DNA of 64,000 bases from an uncultured Acidobacteriota bacterium (GCA_963782585.1 CAWAKL010000003.1:259735-323734), one strand, 5' to 3'. Positions 8,600 through 19,988 are shown, counted from the first letter of the stretch. Numbers and translations: made by a program. The notes: generated from the letters alone by a model not told the origin.

Positions 8600-10975
8600 A
8601 TGAAGCTCTGGAAGAAACCCCTCGCGGCTCTGCTCGCCGTGCTCATGACCGGCTGCGCGGGATCGACGGCGTACCAGACGGCCAAGGACGCCGAGTCGGT
8701 CGGCCAGTGGGACCGCGCCGTCGCGAACTACGCGAAAGCGCTGGAGCTCAACCCGGAGAATCCCGGCTACAAGGCCGCCCTCGCGCGCGCCCGCCTGAAA
8801 GCGTCGCAGGTCCACTTCGAGAAGGGCAAGATGTACCGCGCCTCCGGGCGCGCGGATCTCGCGGTCGTCGAGCTCTCGCAGACGGTGCTTCTCGACCCGA
8901 CGAACGATTACGCCGAGGTCGAGCTCCACAAGGCCGAGGCCGACTACGCCAAGCAGCAGGTGGAGCGCAACGCCGAGACACGGATCGAAAGCCTCAAGAA
9001 GAAGACCCGGGGCATCCGGGCGGTCCTGCCGATGCTCGAGCCCTCGAGCGATCGGCCGATCAACCTGAACTTCCCTCAGCCCAAGCCCATCAAGCAGATC
9101 TACCGGGCGCTCGCCGACGCCGCCGGGATCAACGTCGTCTTCGACCCGCAGCTCAAGGACGACAACGTCTCGATCGTCCTGGCCCAGATCGAGTTCCAGA
9201 AGGCGCTCGAGACGCTGCTGCGGCAGGAGAACCACTTCTACAAGATCATCGACGAGCGCACGATCCTCATCGCCGCCGATACGCCCCAGAACCGAAAGAC
9301 CTACGAGGACCTCGTCATCAAGACGTTCTTCCTGTCGAACGCCGACGTGACCGAGGTCGCGAATGCTTTGCGTGCGCTCCTGCAGACGACGCGCATTTCC
9401 GTCAACAAGGCCGAGAACTCCATCACGCTCCGGGACACGGCGGACAAGGTCGCGGTCGCCGAGCGCATCGTCGAGCAGAACGACAAGCAGGTCGCCGAGG
9501 TCGTCATCGACGTCGAGCTTCTCCAGATCAACGCGACCAAGGCGCAGAACCTCGGTATCCAGTTCCTGCCGCGCGCCGTGAGCGCCAACGTGCCCGCTCC
9601 CGGGGGGCTGACCGACCTGGGCGCGCCCTTGGGAAGCAATCAGTTTTCGTGGGAACAGCTCCAGCAGATCGGGATCAAGTCCTTCGGTTTCACGATTCCC
9701 TCGATTGTGCTGACTTTCATCAAGGACAACACGGATGCGGAGCTCCTCGCCAGGCCCCAGCTCCGGATCGCCGAGGGGCAGAAGGCCCAGCTCCTGATCG
9801 GCGACCGCGTGCCGATTCCCGTGTCGAGCTTCAACACGTCGAACGTCTCGGGCTCGAACGTCGTGCCGATCACGTCCTACCAGTACCAGGACGTCGGCAT
9901 CAAGATCGAGGTCGAGCCTCGCGTCCACCACAACCGCGAGGTCACCCTCAAGCTCATGACCGAGGTGTCGAACATCGCCGGGTTCGCCCCGGGCAGCGGA
10001 CAGCAGGGCTCGGCGCCCCAGCCGATCATCGGCACACGGACGATCTCCTCGAACATCCGTTTGCGTGACGGAGAAACGAACTTCCTCGCCGGCCTCTATC
10101 GGACGGACAAGTCGAGCGGCCGCGAGACCATCCCCTTCATCGGAGACATCCCGGTCATCGGCCGCATCTTCTCCAGGGTGAACACCGACGACAAAGTGAC
10201 CGACCTGGTGCTCACGCTGACGCCCCACATCATCCGCATTCCCGATGTGACCGAAGAGGACCTGATGCCCGTTTTCGTCGGGACCGACGCCAACATCTCC
10301 TATCAGGGCAGCCCGCGTGTCGAGAACCCGCAGCGGGACCAGGGCCCCTTCGAGGGGCAGCCCGGCCGCGTCCAGCCTCCGCTTCAGCGCACGCCGCCGC
10401 CGTCGTCCCAGGTGCCGACACCTCCGCCCGGCATCAACCTCGCGCCCGGAAGCCCTCCGACAGACATCTTCCGGCCCAGCCCGCCGCCGAGCGCTCCGAA
10501 TCCTTCGCCGAAGGAGCAGGTGCCGCAGAGCAAGAGCTCGCTGGCGCCGGAAGGCGACGCGCCCTCGCCGGCGGCCGCGCTCGTCGTCGTCGAAGACGGG
10601 ACGCCGATCCTTCTCGACTTCGACCCCTCGTACCTCACGCTCGCCGTCGGCCAGCAGCAGAACGTGCACATCCGGGCGACCTCGCCGGGAGGCTTCCCCG
10701 GCGGGCCGCTCCGCATCCGCTTCGATCCGTCCGTGGCCGCGGCCGTCTCGGTCCGGCCCCTCCTCGTCGGGGGCGGCGGCATGACGGTCGCCCGGATCGA
10801 GGGCCGCGATGTCGTGCTCGAGCTTCCGGACTCGGCGGACTTTTCGGGGACCCGCGCGATCGCCGAGGTCACGCTGCGGGGCGTCGCGGCGGGCCTCGCG
10901 ACCGTGGCGTTCGAGCCGATCGAGATGGCGGGGGCGACGGTGACTTTCTCCACGGCGGTCGTCTCCGTCCGATGA
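8600..10975 (+). CDS. gspD: Outer-membrane secretin (GspD/PilQ family). It has an N-terminal lipoprotein/TPR module and a C-terminal Pro-rich linker plus a cohesin-like domain
   Basis: ATG at 8600 is preceded by AGGA. The lipobox-like signal is MKLWKKPLAALLAVLMTGC and TPR-like repeats follow (ANYAKALELNPENPGY...). Secretin N domains precede the secretin core (ARPQLRIAEGQKAQLLIGDRVPIP ... GIKIEVEPRVHHNREVTLKL ... IPFIGDIPVIGRIFS ... LVLTLTPHIIR). About 110 Pro-rich residues and a ~130-aa all-beta domain complete the protein. Confidence 0.9.
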   Translation: MKLWKKPLAALLAVLMTGCAGSTAYQTAKDAESVGQWDRAVANYAKALELNPENPGYKAALARARLKASQVHFEKGKMYRASGRADLAVVELSQTVLLDPTNDYAEVELHKAEADYAKQQVERNAETRIESLKKKTRGIRAVLPMLEPSSDRPINLNFPQPKPIKQIYRALADAAGINVVFDPQLKDDNVSIVLAQIEFQKALETLLRQENHFYKIIDERTILIAADTPQNRKTYEDLVIKTFFLSNADVTEVANALRALLQTTRISVNKAENSITLRDTADKVAVAERIVEQNDKQVAEVVIDVELLQINATKAQNLGIQFLPRAVSANVPAPGGLTDLGAPLGSNQFSWEQLQQIGIKSFGFTIPSIVLTFIKDNTDAELLARPQLRIAEGQKAQLLIGDRVPIPVSSFNTSNVSGSNVVPITSYQYQDVGIKIEVEPRVHHNREVTLKLMTEVSNIAGFAPGSGQQGSAPQPIIGTRTISSNIRLRDGETNFLAGLYRTDKSSGRETIPFIGDIPVIGRIFSRVNTDDKVTDLVLTLTPHIIRIPDVTEEDLMPVFVGTDANISYQGSPRVENPQRDQGPFEGQPGRVQPPLQRTPPPSSQVPTPPPGINLAPGSPPTDIFRPSPPPSAPNPSPKEQVPQSKSSLAPEGDAPSPAAALVVVEDGTPILLDFDPSYLTLAVGQQQNVHIRATSPGGFPGGPLRIRFDPSVAAAVSVRPLLVGGGGMTVARIEGRDVVLELPDSADFSGTRAIAEVTLRGVAAGLATVAFEPIEMAGATVTFSTAVVSVR

Positions 10976-11484
10976 TCCTGCAACGGCTCGCGGCCGCCTC
11001 GACGCTCCGCCGTCAGGCGGGCTTCACGCCCCGCCTCCAGGCGGGTTTCACGATGGTCGAGCTCGCCGTCGTCGCGAGCATGATCGCGATCCTCGCGGCG
11101 ATGGCCGTGCCGGTCGCCCGTTACTCCCTCCGCCGCCAGCGGGAGCTCGAGCTCCGCCACCAGCTGCGCACGATGCGCGAGGCGATCGACAAGTACAAAC
11201 AGCTCTCCGACGCCGGCCTGATTCCGCTCGAGATCGGAGGCGAAGGCTTTCCGCCGGAGCTCGAGAAGCTGGTCGAGGGCGTCGATCTCGTCGGCCAGGT
11301 CAAGAAGAAGCAGAGGTTCCTGCGCAAGATCCCGGTCGACCCCATGACGGGCAAGGCCGAGTGGGGCCTGCGCTCCTACCAGGACGATCCCGACTCCTTC
11401 GCGTGGGGCGGCCAGAACGTTTACGACGTCTATTCGCTGTCGGAGCAGAGAGCGCTGGACGGGAGCTACTACAAGGAATGGTGA
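10972..11484 (+). CDS. Prepilin-type protein, GspG-like pseudopilin paralog with an unusually long leader
   Basis: ATGA overlap with the secretin. The prepilin cleavage/methylation motif is QAG|FTMVELAVVASMIAILAAMAVP with Glu at +5. The C-terminus (KIPVDPMTGKAEW ... DGSYYKEW) is paralogous to the next gene. Confidence 0.8.
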   Translation: MILQRLAAASTLRRQAGFTPRLQAGFTMVELAVVASMIAILAAMAVPVARYSLRRQRELELRHQLRTMREAIDKYKQLSDAGLIPLEIGGEGFPPELEKLVEGVDLVGQVKKKQRFLRKIPVDPMTGKAEWGLRSYQDDPDSFAWGGQNVYDVYSLSEQRALDGSYYKEW

Positions 11485-11897
11485 TGCGCGCACGAGCCTC
11501 CGAACGCGGGTTCACGCTGCTCGAGCTTCTGGTCGTGATGACGATCATCGGCATCCTCGCCGCGATCGCCGTACCGGCGCTGCGGGACTCGCCGCGCCGC
11601 GCCATGGAGGCGACGCTGCGCGCGGACCTCTTCACGTTCCGCTCGGTTCTGGATCAGTACAAGGGCGACAAGGGCAACTATCCGCCCGACCTCGAGACGC
11701 TGGTGCGGGACGGGTACATGCGGAAGATTCCGCTCGACCCGATGACCAAGGCGGCCGACTGGGTCCTCACGATGGAGGAGGAACCCTCGGAGGCCGACGA
11801 CTTGAACCAGGTCGAGCCCGCCGTGCCCGGCATCCTCGACGTCCACAGCGCGTCCAAGGAAGTCGCGCTCGACGGAACGAACTACAGTGACTGGTGA
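11478..11897 (+). CDS. gspG: Major pseudopilin, GspG-like
   Basis: The leader MVMRARASERG is followed by FTLLELLVVMTIIGILAAIAVP. LDQYKGDKGNYPPDLETLVRDGYMRKIPLDPM is the GspG-type body. The start (11478 or 11484) overlaps the upstream stop. Confidence 0.85.
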   Translation: MVMRARASERGFTLLELLVVMTIIGILAAIAVPALRDSPRRAMEATLRADLFTFRSVLDQYKGDKGNYPPDLETLVRDGYMRKIPLDPMTKAADWVLTMEEEPSEADDLNQVEPAVPGILDVHSASKEVALDGTNYSDW

Positions 11898-12609
11898 GGA
11901 CGGGCGACATGCTTCCGGCTTCACTCTCGTCGGTGTCGTCGTCGCCATCGCCGTCCTGACGATCCTGATCGCCGCGGTCGCTCCTTCGATTGCGACCATC
12001 GTTCAGCGCGACAAGGAGATCGAGCTCGTCTTTCGCGGGAAGCAGTACGCCCGCGCGATCCTGGCCTTCCAGCGCCGCTTCGGCCGCTACCCCAACTCCC
12101 TGAAGGAGCTCGAACAGATCAAGCCCCGCTCGATCCGCCAGCTCTGGAAGGAGCCCATGTGCAACTGCGACGACGGCTGGGTGCCGATCATCGCGGGCAC
12201 CCCCGACGCGATGCCGATGGGCGCGGGACCGCTGCCGCCGGGAGGCGGCGTGCCGGGGAGCGGCCTTCCGGGGCGGTCGCGCACGCCCGGACCTTCGACC
12301 GGGAATCAGCCGCCTTCGACCTACACCGGAGGCGAGCAGCCGCCGGGAGGTCAGGGAGGTCCGGGTGGCGGGGGAGGCGCTCCAACGCCGACCCCGGCGC
12401 CCTTCTCGACCGGGATCTTCGGGGACAAACCCACGGTGGTCGGCCCCATCGTCGGGGTCAAGATCGCCATGCACAAGAAGGCCCTCCGTAAGTGGCGGGA
12501 CCGCGAGTACTACGACGAGTGGCGCTTCGTGGCCGGAGACGCCGACAACGACGTGATGGGGGATCCCGCCAACAAGCCGCCGGTCTTCATTCCGACGCCC
12601 CGCAAGTAA
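11887..12609 (+). CDS. Atypical prepilin-type protein (minor pseudopilin candidate) lacking Glu+5, with a Gly/Pro-rich insert
   Basis: The GTG start overlaps the upstream stop. The motif is SG|FTLVGVVVAIAVLTILIAAVAP, with Gly instead of Glu at +5. A low-complexity insert is present (PPGGGVPGSGLPG ... GGQGGPGGGGGAPTPTP). Confidence 0.6.
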   Translation: MTGEDGRHASGFTLVGVVVAIAVLTILIAAVAPSIATIVQRDKEIELVFRGKQYARAILAFQRRFGRYPNSLKELEQIKPRSIRQLWKEPMCNCDDGWVPIIAGTPDAMPMGAGPLPPGGGVPGSGLPGRSRTPGPSTGNQPPSTYTGGEQPPGGQGGPGGGGGAPTPTPAPFSTGIFGDKPTVVGPIVGVKIAMHKKALRKWRDREYYDEWRFVAGDADNDVMGDPANKPPVFIPTPRK

Positions 12610-12629
12610 GCGGCCGGCCCGCAAGTAGA

Positions 12630-13938
12630 ATGGCGGCTCCCCTCCGGGAGGCCTCCCCGATGATCCGCACGCACGTTCTCGACAGTGGCACGACCGTCCT
12701 CATCGACGAGATGCGGGACGTGCGCTCCTTCGCCCTCGGCGTCTTCGTCCGGGCGGGCTCCGGGGACGAGCCGCCTTCGCGGCAGGGCCTGTCCCACTTC
12801 CTCGAGCATCTTCTCTTCAAACGCACGCGGCGGCGGACCAACGCGGAGATCGCGCGTGTGATCGACCGCCTCGGCGGCGAGGTCGACGCCTTCACGACCA
12901 AGGAGTACACGGGGTACTACGTCCACACGCTCGACGAAAACTTCGACGAGGCCCTCGATCTCGTCGGCGACGTCGTGCTCGCGCCGGCGTTCAACGCCGC
13001 CGACATCGAGACCGAGCGCGGCGTCATCCTCGAGGAGATCGGCGAGGCCAACGACAATCCCGACGATCTCGTCCACGAGATCTTCGTGCGGTCGTTCTGG
13101 GAGACGCATCCCCTCGGGGCGCCGATCCTCGGCACCGCGCGCACCGTCGGCGCGATCACGCGAAGCGACCTCTACGCGTACTACGCCTCCCGATACACTC
13201 GATCGAGCTTCATCGTGTCTCTCGCGGGCCGGGTCGAGGCGGGACGGGCGCTCGACGCGATCGAGAAGGTCTTCTCGAGGCCGCGAGGCAACGGCCGGCG
13301 GGCACGGAAGTCGGAGACGGCGCGCCCGCGGGCGCACGCGGACATCCAGCTGCGCCAGCGCAAGGGCCTCGACCAGGTGCACCTCTGTCTCGGCGTCGAG
13401 GCGCCCACCCAGACGAGCCGGCGGCGCTACGCCGCGGCCCTCCTCGACGTCGCGCTCGGCGGCGGGAATGTCCTCCCGGCTCTTCCAGGAGGTGCGCGAG
13501 AAGCGAGGCCTCGCCTATTCCATCGGCTCCTCGCTCAACGCCTACCGGCTCGGAGGTTACGAGACCGTCTCCGCCGCGTGCGCCCCGCGCAACCTCCCGC
13601 GCCTCATCGACGTCACGCTCCGCGAGCTGCGCAAGCTCAAGCGCGGCGGCGTCTCGAACCGGGAGCTCGACCGGGCGAAGGAGAACCTGAAGAGCGGGTT
13701 CATCCTCTCTCTGGAATCGACGGTCTCACGCATGTCCTCGGCGGCCCGCCAGCAGTTCTACCTCGGCCGCGTCGAGCCGCCGGAGGAGCTCCTCGCGAAG
13801 GTCGAGGCGGTGACGCGCGACGAAGTCGACGGGGAAGCCGACCGGCTCTTCGACAGCCGCGCGCTGTCGCTCGCCGTCGTCGGCAACGTGGCGCGCCTGC
13901 CGGTGTCGCCGCAGGATCTCGCCGAGCTGCTCTGCTGA
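12630..13938 (+). CDS. M16-family zinc peptidase (pitrilysin/PqqL-like); frame interrupted by an extra A at 13467-13468
   Basis: It carries the inverted zinc motif HFLEH (GLSHFLEHLLFKRT) and downstream E residues (ERGVILEEIGE). The second half continues in the ORF-13468 frame (MSSRLFQEVREKRGLAYSI...). The start may be 12630 or 12660. Confidence 0.85.
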
Positions 13939-14003
13939 AGGGGTCGGGCCCTCGATCTCATAGGGTAGAGCCAAAGGGCGCTCCGAGCTAGCATCTCGCC
14001 GCG

Positions 14004-15101
14004 ATGGCGAGCGAGCCCCCGTTCGACCCGTGCGCATCGCCGGAGGTCGCGGCGTACGTCCGTGCTCTCGCGGGCGGGGGTCTCGAGACCCGGATCCACC
14101 CGCGCGACGAGATGTATCGCTTCGAGCTCGCGGCCCCGCATCGCACCTCCGACATCGCCGCGATCCGGTACTTCGCGGTCGGGCACTCGATCGCGCGCAC
14201 GGTGGCGGCGCTTTCGGACTGGCGCTTCGGCGGCCTCTCGCGCGTCGGTGCCCTCCTCGATTTCGCGGCCGGCTACGGGCGCACGACGCGCTTCCTCGTT
14301 CGGACGCTCGACGCGGCCCGGATCACTGTGGTCGAGATCGACGCGGACGCCGTCCGGTTTCAGGCGGAGACCTTCGGCGTGCGCGGCGTCGCGTCGGCGC
14401 ACGATCCGGGAGTGCTCTCTCTCGCTGGCCCGTTCGATATCGTGCTCGCCGTCTCGCTCTTCAGCCACCTGCCCGGGGGGCGCTTCGAGGCCTGGCTCGG
14501 CCGCCTCTGGGGTCTCGTCGCGCCGCGCGGGCTTTTCGCCTTCTCGACGAATGGCGAACGCGTCCTGCCGGGGTCGATCCGGATGCCTTCGTCGGGCTTC
14601 GCCTACGCGACGCGGAGCGAAATGACGCGGCTGTCGGGCCACGAGTACGGCACGACGTGGGTTACGCCGGAGTTCGTCCGGGGGGCGGCCGCCGCCGCCG
14701 CTCCCGAGGCCCGACTCACCTTTCGCGCGGACGGGTTGTGCGGCGCACAGGACCTCTATGTCCTCGCCCGGGCGCTGCCCGCGGGAGATCCTCCGCTCGC
14801 CCGTGACCCCATGGGCGTGCTCGAGTGGGCGGCCGTCGAAGGCGGTGCCGTCACGGTGCGGGGCTGGGCGCAGGGCGACGCGGACGAACGGCCGCCGGAC
14901 CTGAAGCTCTACGTCGGCTCCGCTCTCGCAGACGTCTCCCCCGGGAAGGGGCCGCCGGGCTCTCGCCGCGAGTGGCGCTTCGTGTTTCCGACGACGGGTA
15001 TCCCGCGGGACCGCGTCATCCGCATCGAGGCTGAGAGCGAGCGCGGCGCATCGCAACTGCTGGTCACGGAGACGCTCGGGCCATACTTGCCGAGACCTTG
15101 A
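14004..15101 (+). CDS. Class I SAM-dependent methyltransferase with a C-terminal extension
   Basis: 365-aa ORF. Motif I is ALLDFAAGYGRTTRFL, followed by an acidic loop (VVEIDADAV) and a post-I region (FDIVLAVSLFSHLP). Confidence 0.7.
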   Translation: MASEPPFDPCASPEVAAYVRALAGGGLETRIHPRDEMYRFELAAPHRTSDIAAIRYFAVGHSIARTVAALSDWRFGGLSRVGALLDFAAGYGRTTRFLVRTLDAARITVVEIDADAVRFQAETFGVRGVASAHDPGVLSLAGPFDIVLAVSLFSHLPGGRFEAWLGRLWGLVAPRGLFAFSTNGERVLPGSIRMPSSGFAYATRSEMTRLSGHEYGTTWVTPEFVRGAAAAAAPEARLTFRADGLCGAQDLYVLARALPAGDPPLARDPMGVLEWAAVEGGAVTVRGWAQGDADERPPDLKLYVGSALADVSPGKGPPGSRREWRFVFPTTGIPRDRVIRIEAESERGASQLLVTETLGPYLPRP

Positions 15102-15131
15102 GGACAAATCCGGAGTCCGAAACCTGATCCT

Positions 15132-15602
15132 GTGATTGCATACGCGGCGATGACGGAGCTGCGCCTCCCCGTCCAGGTCCTCCCTCACGGCGAAGGGCTG
15201 GAGCTTCCCGCCTATGCCACTCCGGGCTCGGCGGGCTGCGACCTGCGCGCCGCCGTCGCCGAGCCGCTCGTCCTCGCCCCGGGCGCGCGCGCTCTCGTAC
15301 CGACGGGAATCGCCGTCGCGATCCCGGAGGGGTTCGAGGGGCAGGTGCGGATGCGGAGCGGCCTCGCGATTCGCCATGGACTGTCGCTCCTGAACGGCCC
15401 CGGCACGATCGACTCCGATTACCGCGGGGAAATCCAGGTCATCCTCGCCAACCTCGGCGACGTTCCGGCCACGATCGGCCGCGGCGACCGGATCGCGCAA
15501 CTCGTTCTCGCTCCCGTCGCCCGCGCGCGCCTCGAAACAGTCGTGGAGCTGCCGGCGACCGCGCGGCGCGACGGCGGCTTCGGCTCGACCGGTCGGCGCT
15601 GA
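15132..15602 (+). CDS. dut: dUTP diphosphatase
   Basis: [30 protein letters not shown] and GDRIAQLV are the dUTPase motifs; the protein ends in GGFGSTG. Confidence 0.9.
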   Translation: MIAYAAMTELRLPVQVLPHGEGLELPAYATPGSAGCDLRAAVAEPLVLAPGARALVPTGIAVAIPEGFEGQVRMRSGLAIRHGLSLLNGPGTIDSDYRGEIQVILANLGDVPATIGRGDRIAQLVLAPVARARLETVVELPATARRDGGFGSTGRR

Positions 15603-15616
15603 CGCTCGGACATGGT

Positions 15617-16417
15617 TTGTCCGGCCTTTCTGATACATTTTCCTGCGTGCGGGTCATCGTCCTCGCTTCCGGGTCCGGCGGCAACGCGTGTGTCGTCGAA
15701 TCCGGCCGCACACGGGTGCTGGTGGATGCCGGCCTCTCCTCGAAAGAGATCGAAAGGCGACTCGAGGCGCGGTCGATTCCGCCCGAATCCATCGCGGCGG
15801 TCTTCTTGACGCACGAGCACAACGACCACTCGAGCGGCGCCCCCGTCTTCACGGCGCGCTGGGACTGCCCGCTCTACGCGACCTGCGGCACCGCCGAGGC
15901 GATCGGTCTCGAAGGAGACCTCTTCACGCCCTTCGTCCGGATCGTCCCGGGGCGGGAGGGCCGGCTGGGGGAGCTCGGGTTCCGGGCCTTCGGCACGCCG
16001 CACGACGCGGCGGAGTCGGTGGTCTACGCCTTCGAGGCGGGGGACGCCCGGCTGGTGATCGCTTCGGATCTCGGACGGGCCGAGGCGGACTTCGTCGACT
16101 TCCTCCGCGAGGCGACGACGCTCATGCTCGAGATGAACCACGACGAAGACATGCTCCGCGACGGCCCGTACACCTGGCCCCTCAAGCGCCGCATCTCCGG
16201 CGGACTGGGCCACCTGTCAAACGCGCAGTCGGCAGAAGCGATCCGCCGCTCGGCGGGTCCGAAGCGGCGCCGCGTCGTGGCGACCCATCTCTCGCGGACG
16301 AACAACACGCCGGAGCTCGTCCGCGCCGTCCTCGGCCGGGCCATCGAGCGCTCCGGCTGGGACGTGCCGTTTCAAATCGCCGAACAGATCGCCGGGCTGG
16401 AGGCCTTCGACGCATGA
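15617..16417 (+). CDS. MBL-fold metallo-hydrolase
   Basis: VIVLASGSGGNACVVESGRTRVLVDAGLS followed by the HxHxDH motif (LTHEHNDHSSG). The start may be TTG 15617 or GTG 15647. Confidence 0.8.
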   Translation: MSGLSDTFSCVRVIVLASGSGGNACVVESGRTRVLVDAGLSSKEIERRLEARSIPPESIAAVFLTHEHNDHSSGAPVFTARWDCPLYATCGTAEAIGLEGDLFTPFVRIVPGREGRLGELGFRAFGTPHDAAESVVYAFEAGDARLVIASDLGRAEADFVDFLREATTLMLEMNHDEDMLRDGPYTWPLKRRISGGLGHLSNAQSAEAIRRSAGPKRRRVVATHLSRTNNTPELVRAVLGRAIERSGWDVPFQIAEQIAGLEAFDA

Positions 16418-16442
16418 GTTCCCGCCAAACAGGTGTCGGCCA

Positions 16443-16685
16443 GTGAAAGTGGAAGTCCGGGTCTATCCCAAGGAGGGCGTCCTCGATCCGCAGGGCAAGG
16501 CGATCGCCGCCGCCCTCGGGCGGCTCGGCCACGGCTCGGTTCAGGATGTCCGCGCCGGCAAGGTCTTCTTCATCGACGTCGCCGGCAGCGATCCGCGAGC
16601 CGTCGAGGCCGACGCCCGGAAGATGGCCGAGGAGCTTCTCGCGAACACGGTCATCGAGGGGTTCGACGTGAAAGTGCTCCAGTGA
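16443..16685 (+). CDS. purS: Phosphoribosylformylglycinamidine synthase subunit PurS
   Basis: 80-aa [32 protein letters not shown], immediately upstream of purQ and purL. Confidence 0.9.
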   Translation: MKVEVRVYPKEGVLDPQGKAIAAALGRLGHGSVQDVRAGKVFFIDVAGSDPRAVEADARKMAEELLANTVIEGFDVKVLQ

Positions 16686-17377
16686 GATTCGGGATCGTCG
16701 TCTTCCCGGGCTCCAACTGCGACGAGGACTGCCACCACGTCGCGAAGGACCTCCTCGGCTGCGAGGCCGAGTACATCTGGCACCACGACACGGACCTCAA
16801 GGGCGCGGACGCCGTGATCCTGCCGGGCGGTTTCGCCTACGGCGACTACCTGCGCGCCGGCGCTCTGGCGCGGTTCTCGCCGGTCATGGAGAGCGTCGCG
16901 AAGTTCGCCGCGCAGGGAGGCCCGGTTCTCGGGATCTGCAACGGCTTCCAGGTGTTGCTCGAAGCGGGGCTCCTTCCGGGCGCGATGCAGATCAACCGCG
17001 GGCTCCGCTACGTCTGCCGCGACGTCCACATGCGCGTCGAAAACGACGCGACTCCGTTCACGTCCCTCTATCCGAAGGGGAGCGTCGTGCAGATGCCGAT
17101 CGGCCACATGGAAGGCAACTACACGGCGCCGCCGGACGTCCTCGACGCTCTCGAGCGGCAGGGGCGGGTCGTTTTCCGCTACTGCGACGCCGGCGGGCGC
17201 GTGACCGACGAGGCCAACCCGAACGGCGCGGCGCGCGGGATCGCCGGCATCGTCAACGAGGCGGGCAACGTCGTGGGCCTGATGCCGCACCCGGACCGCT
17301 GCTCCGAGACCCTGCTCGGCAACGATCAGGGAATCAAGATGTTCCAGTCCGCCGTGGCGGCTCTCGCCACGCGCTGA
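16682..17377 (+). CDS. purQ: Phosphoribosylformylglycinamidine synthase glutaminase subunit PurQ
   Basis: GTG at 16682 overlaps the purS stop. [14 protein letters not shown], the catalytic GICNGFQ and the MPHPDR triad motif are present. Confidence 0.9.
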   Translation: MRFGIVVFPGSNCDEDCHHVAKDLLGCEAEYIWHHDTDLKGADAVILPGGFAYGDYLRAGALARFSPVMESVAKFAAQGGPVLGICNGFQVLLEAGLLPGAMQINRGLRYVCRDVHMRVENDATPFTSLYPKGSVVQMPIGHMEGNYTAPPDVLDALERQGRVVFRYCDAGGRVTDEANPNGAARGIAGIVNEAGNVVGLMPHPDRCSETLLGNDQGIKMFQSAVAALATR

Positions 17378-17390
17378 GCGGATTTTTCTG

Positions 17391-19606
<2,216 letters not shown>

Positions 19607-19609
19607 TTC

Positions 19610-19988
19610 CTAGCCGCGCGGCCACTCCTGGCCGAAGCCGAGGACGTATCCCTCGGGGGCCCGCATGGAGAACTCCTTCATGTCGTACTCGGCCTGGACG
19701 ACGGGGCCATAGACGACCTCGGCGCCACGCGAGCGCAGCTCGGTGCAGAGCGCGTCGGCGTCGTCGACCCAGAAGAACACGTCCCACGTCCCGCCTTGTT
19801 CGGAACGATCCGTACGGGATCGGTCACGAGTCGCACCATGAGCGGAACCCGTCTCGGCTGAGGATCGCGACATCGGCGGGCTTTACGACATCCTCGGTAC
19901 AGAATCCGAGTGTCTTCTCGTACCAGGCCGCGAGCTGAGCGACGTCGGCGACCGGGAAGTAAGTCCGGAGCTTCGGCGGCGCCGCCAT
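19610..19988 (-). pseudogene. Decayed VOC/glyoxalase-bleomycin-resistance family gene, paralog of 22888-23280
   Basis: The C-terminal 60 aa are ~84% identical to the intact copy ([61 protein letters not shown]). Upstream parts lie in two other frames. DNA alignment to the intact copy shows a 7-nt deletion near 19795, plus further indels. Confidence 0.6.

Noticed and set aside
9703-9717. The identical 15-mer gattgtgctgacttt at 9703-9717 (inside the secretin gene) and at 26375-26389 (intergenic upstream of the FHA regulator)
   Set aside because: A few chance 15-mer matches are expected in 64 kb on two strands. There is no extended similarity around them.
8447-10669. Very long antisense or alternative-frame ORFs. 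Examples: 8447-10669 minus (740 aa), 13758-15638 minus, 17758-19578 minus, 27009-30620 minus (1203 aa), 42054-44174 minus, 43882-46086 minus and 44538-46574 plus.
   Set aside because: They lie opposite or out of frame to genes with clear conserved motifs. Their products are Arg/Pro/Gly/Ala-rich with no recognisable domains. Stop-poor shadow frames of this kind are expected in ~70% GC DNA.
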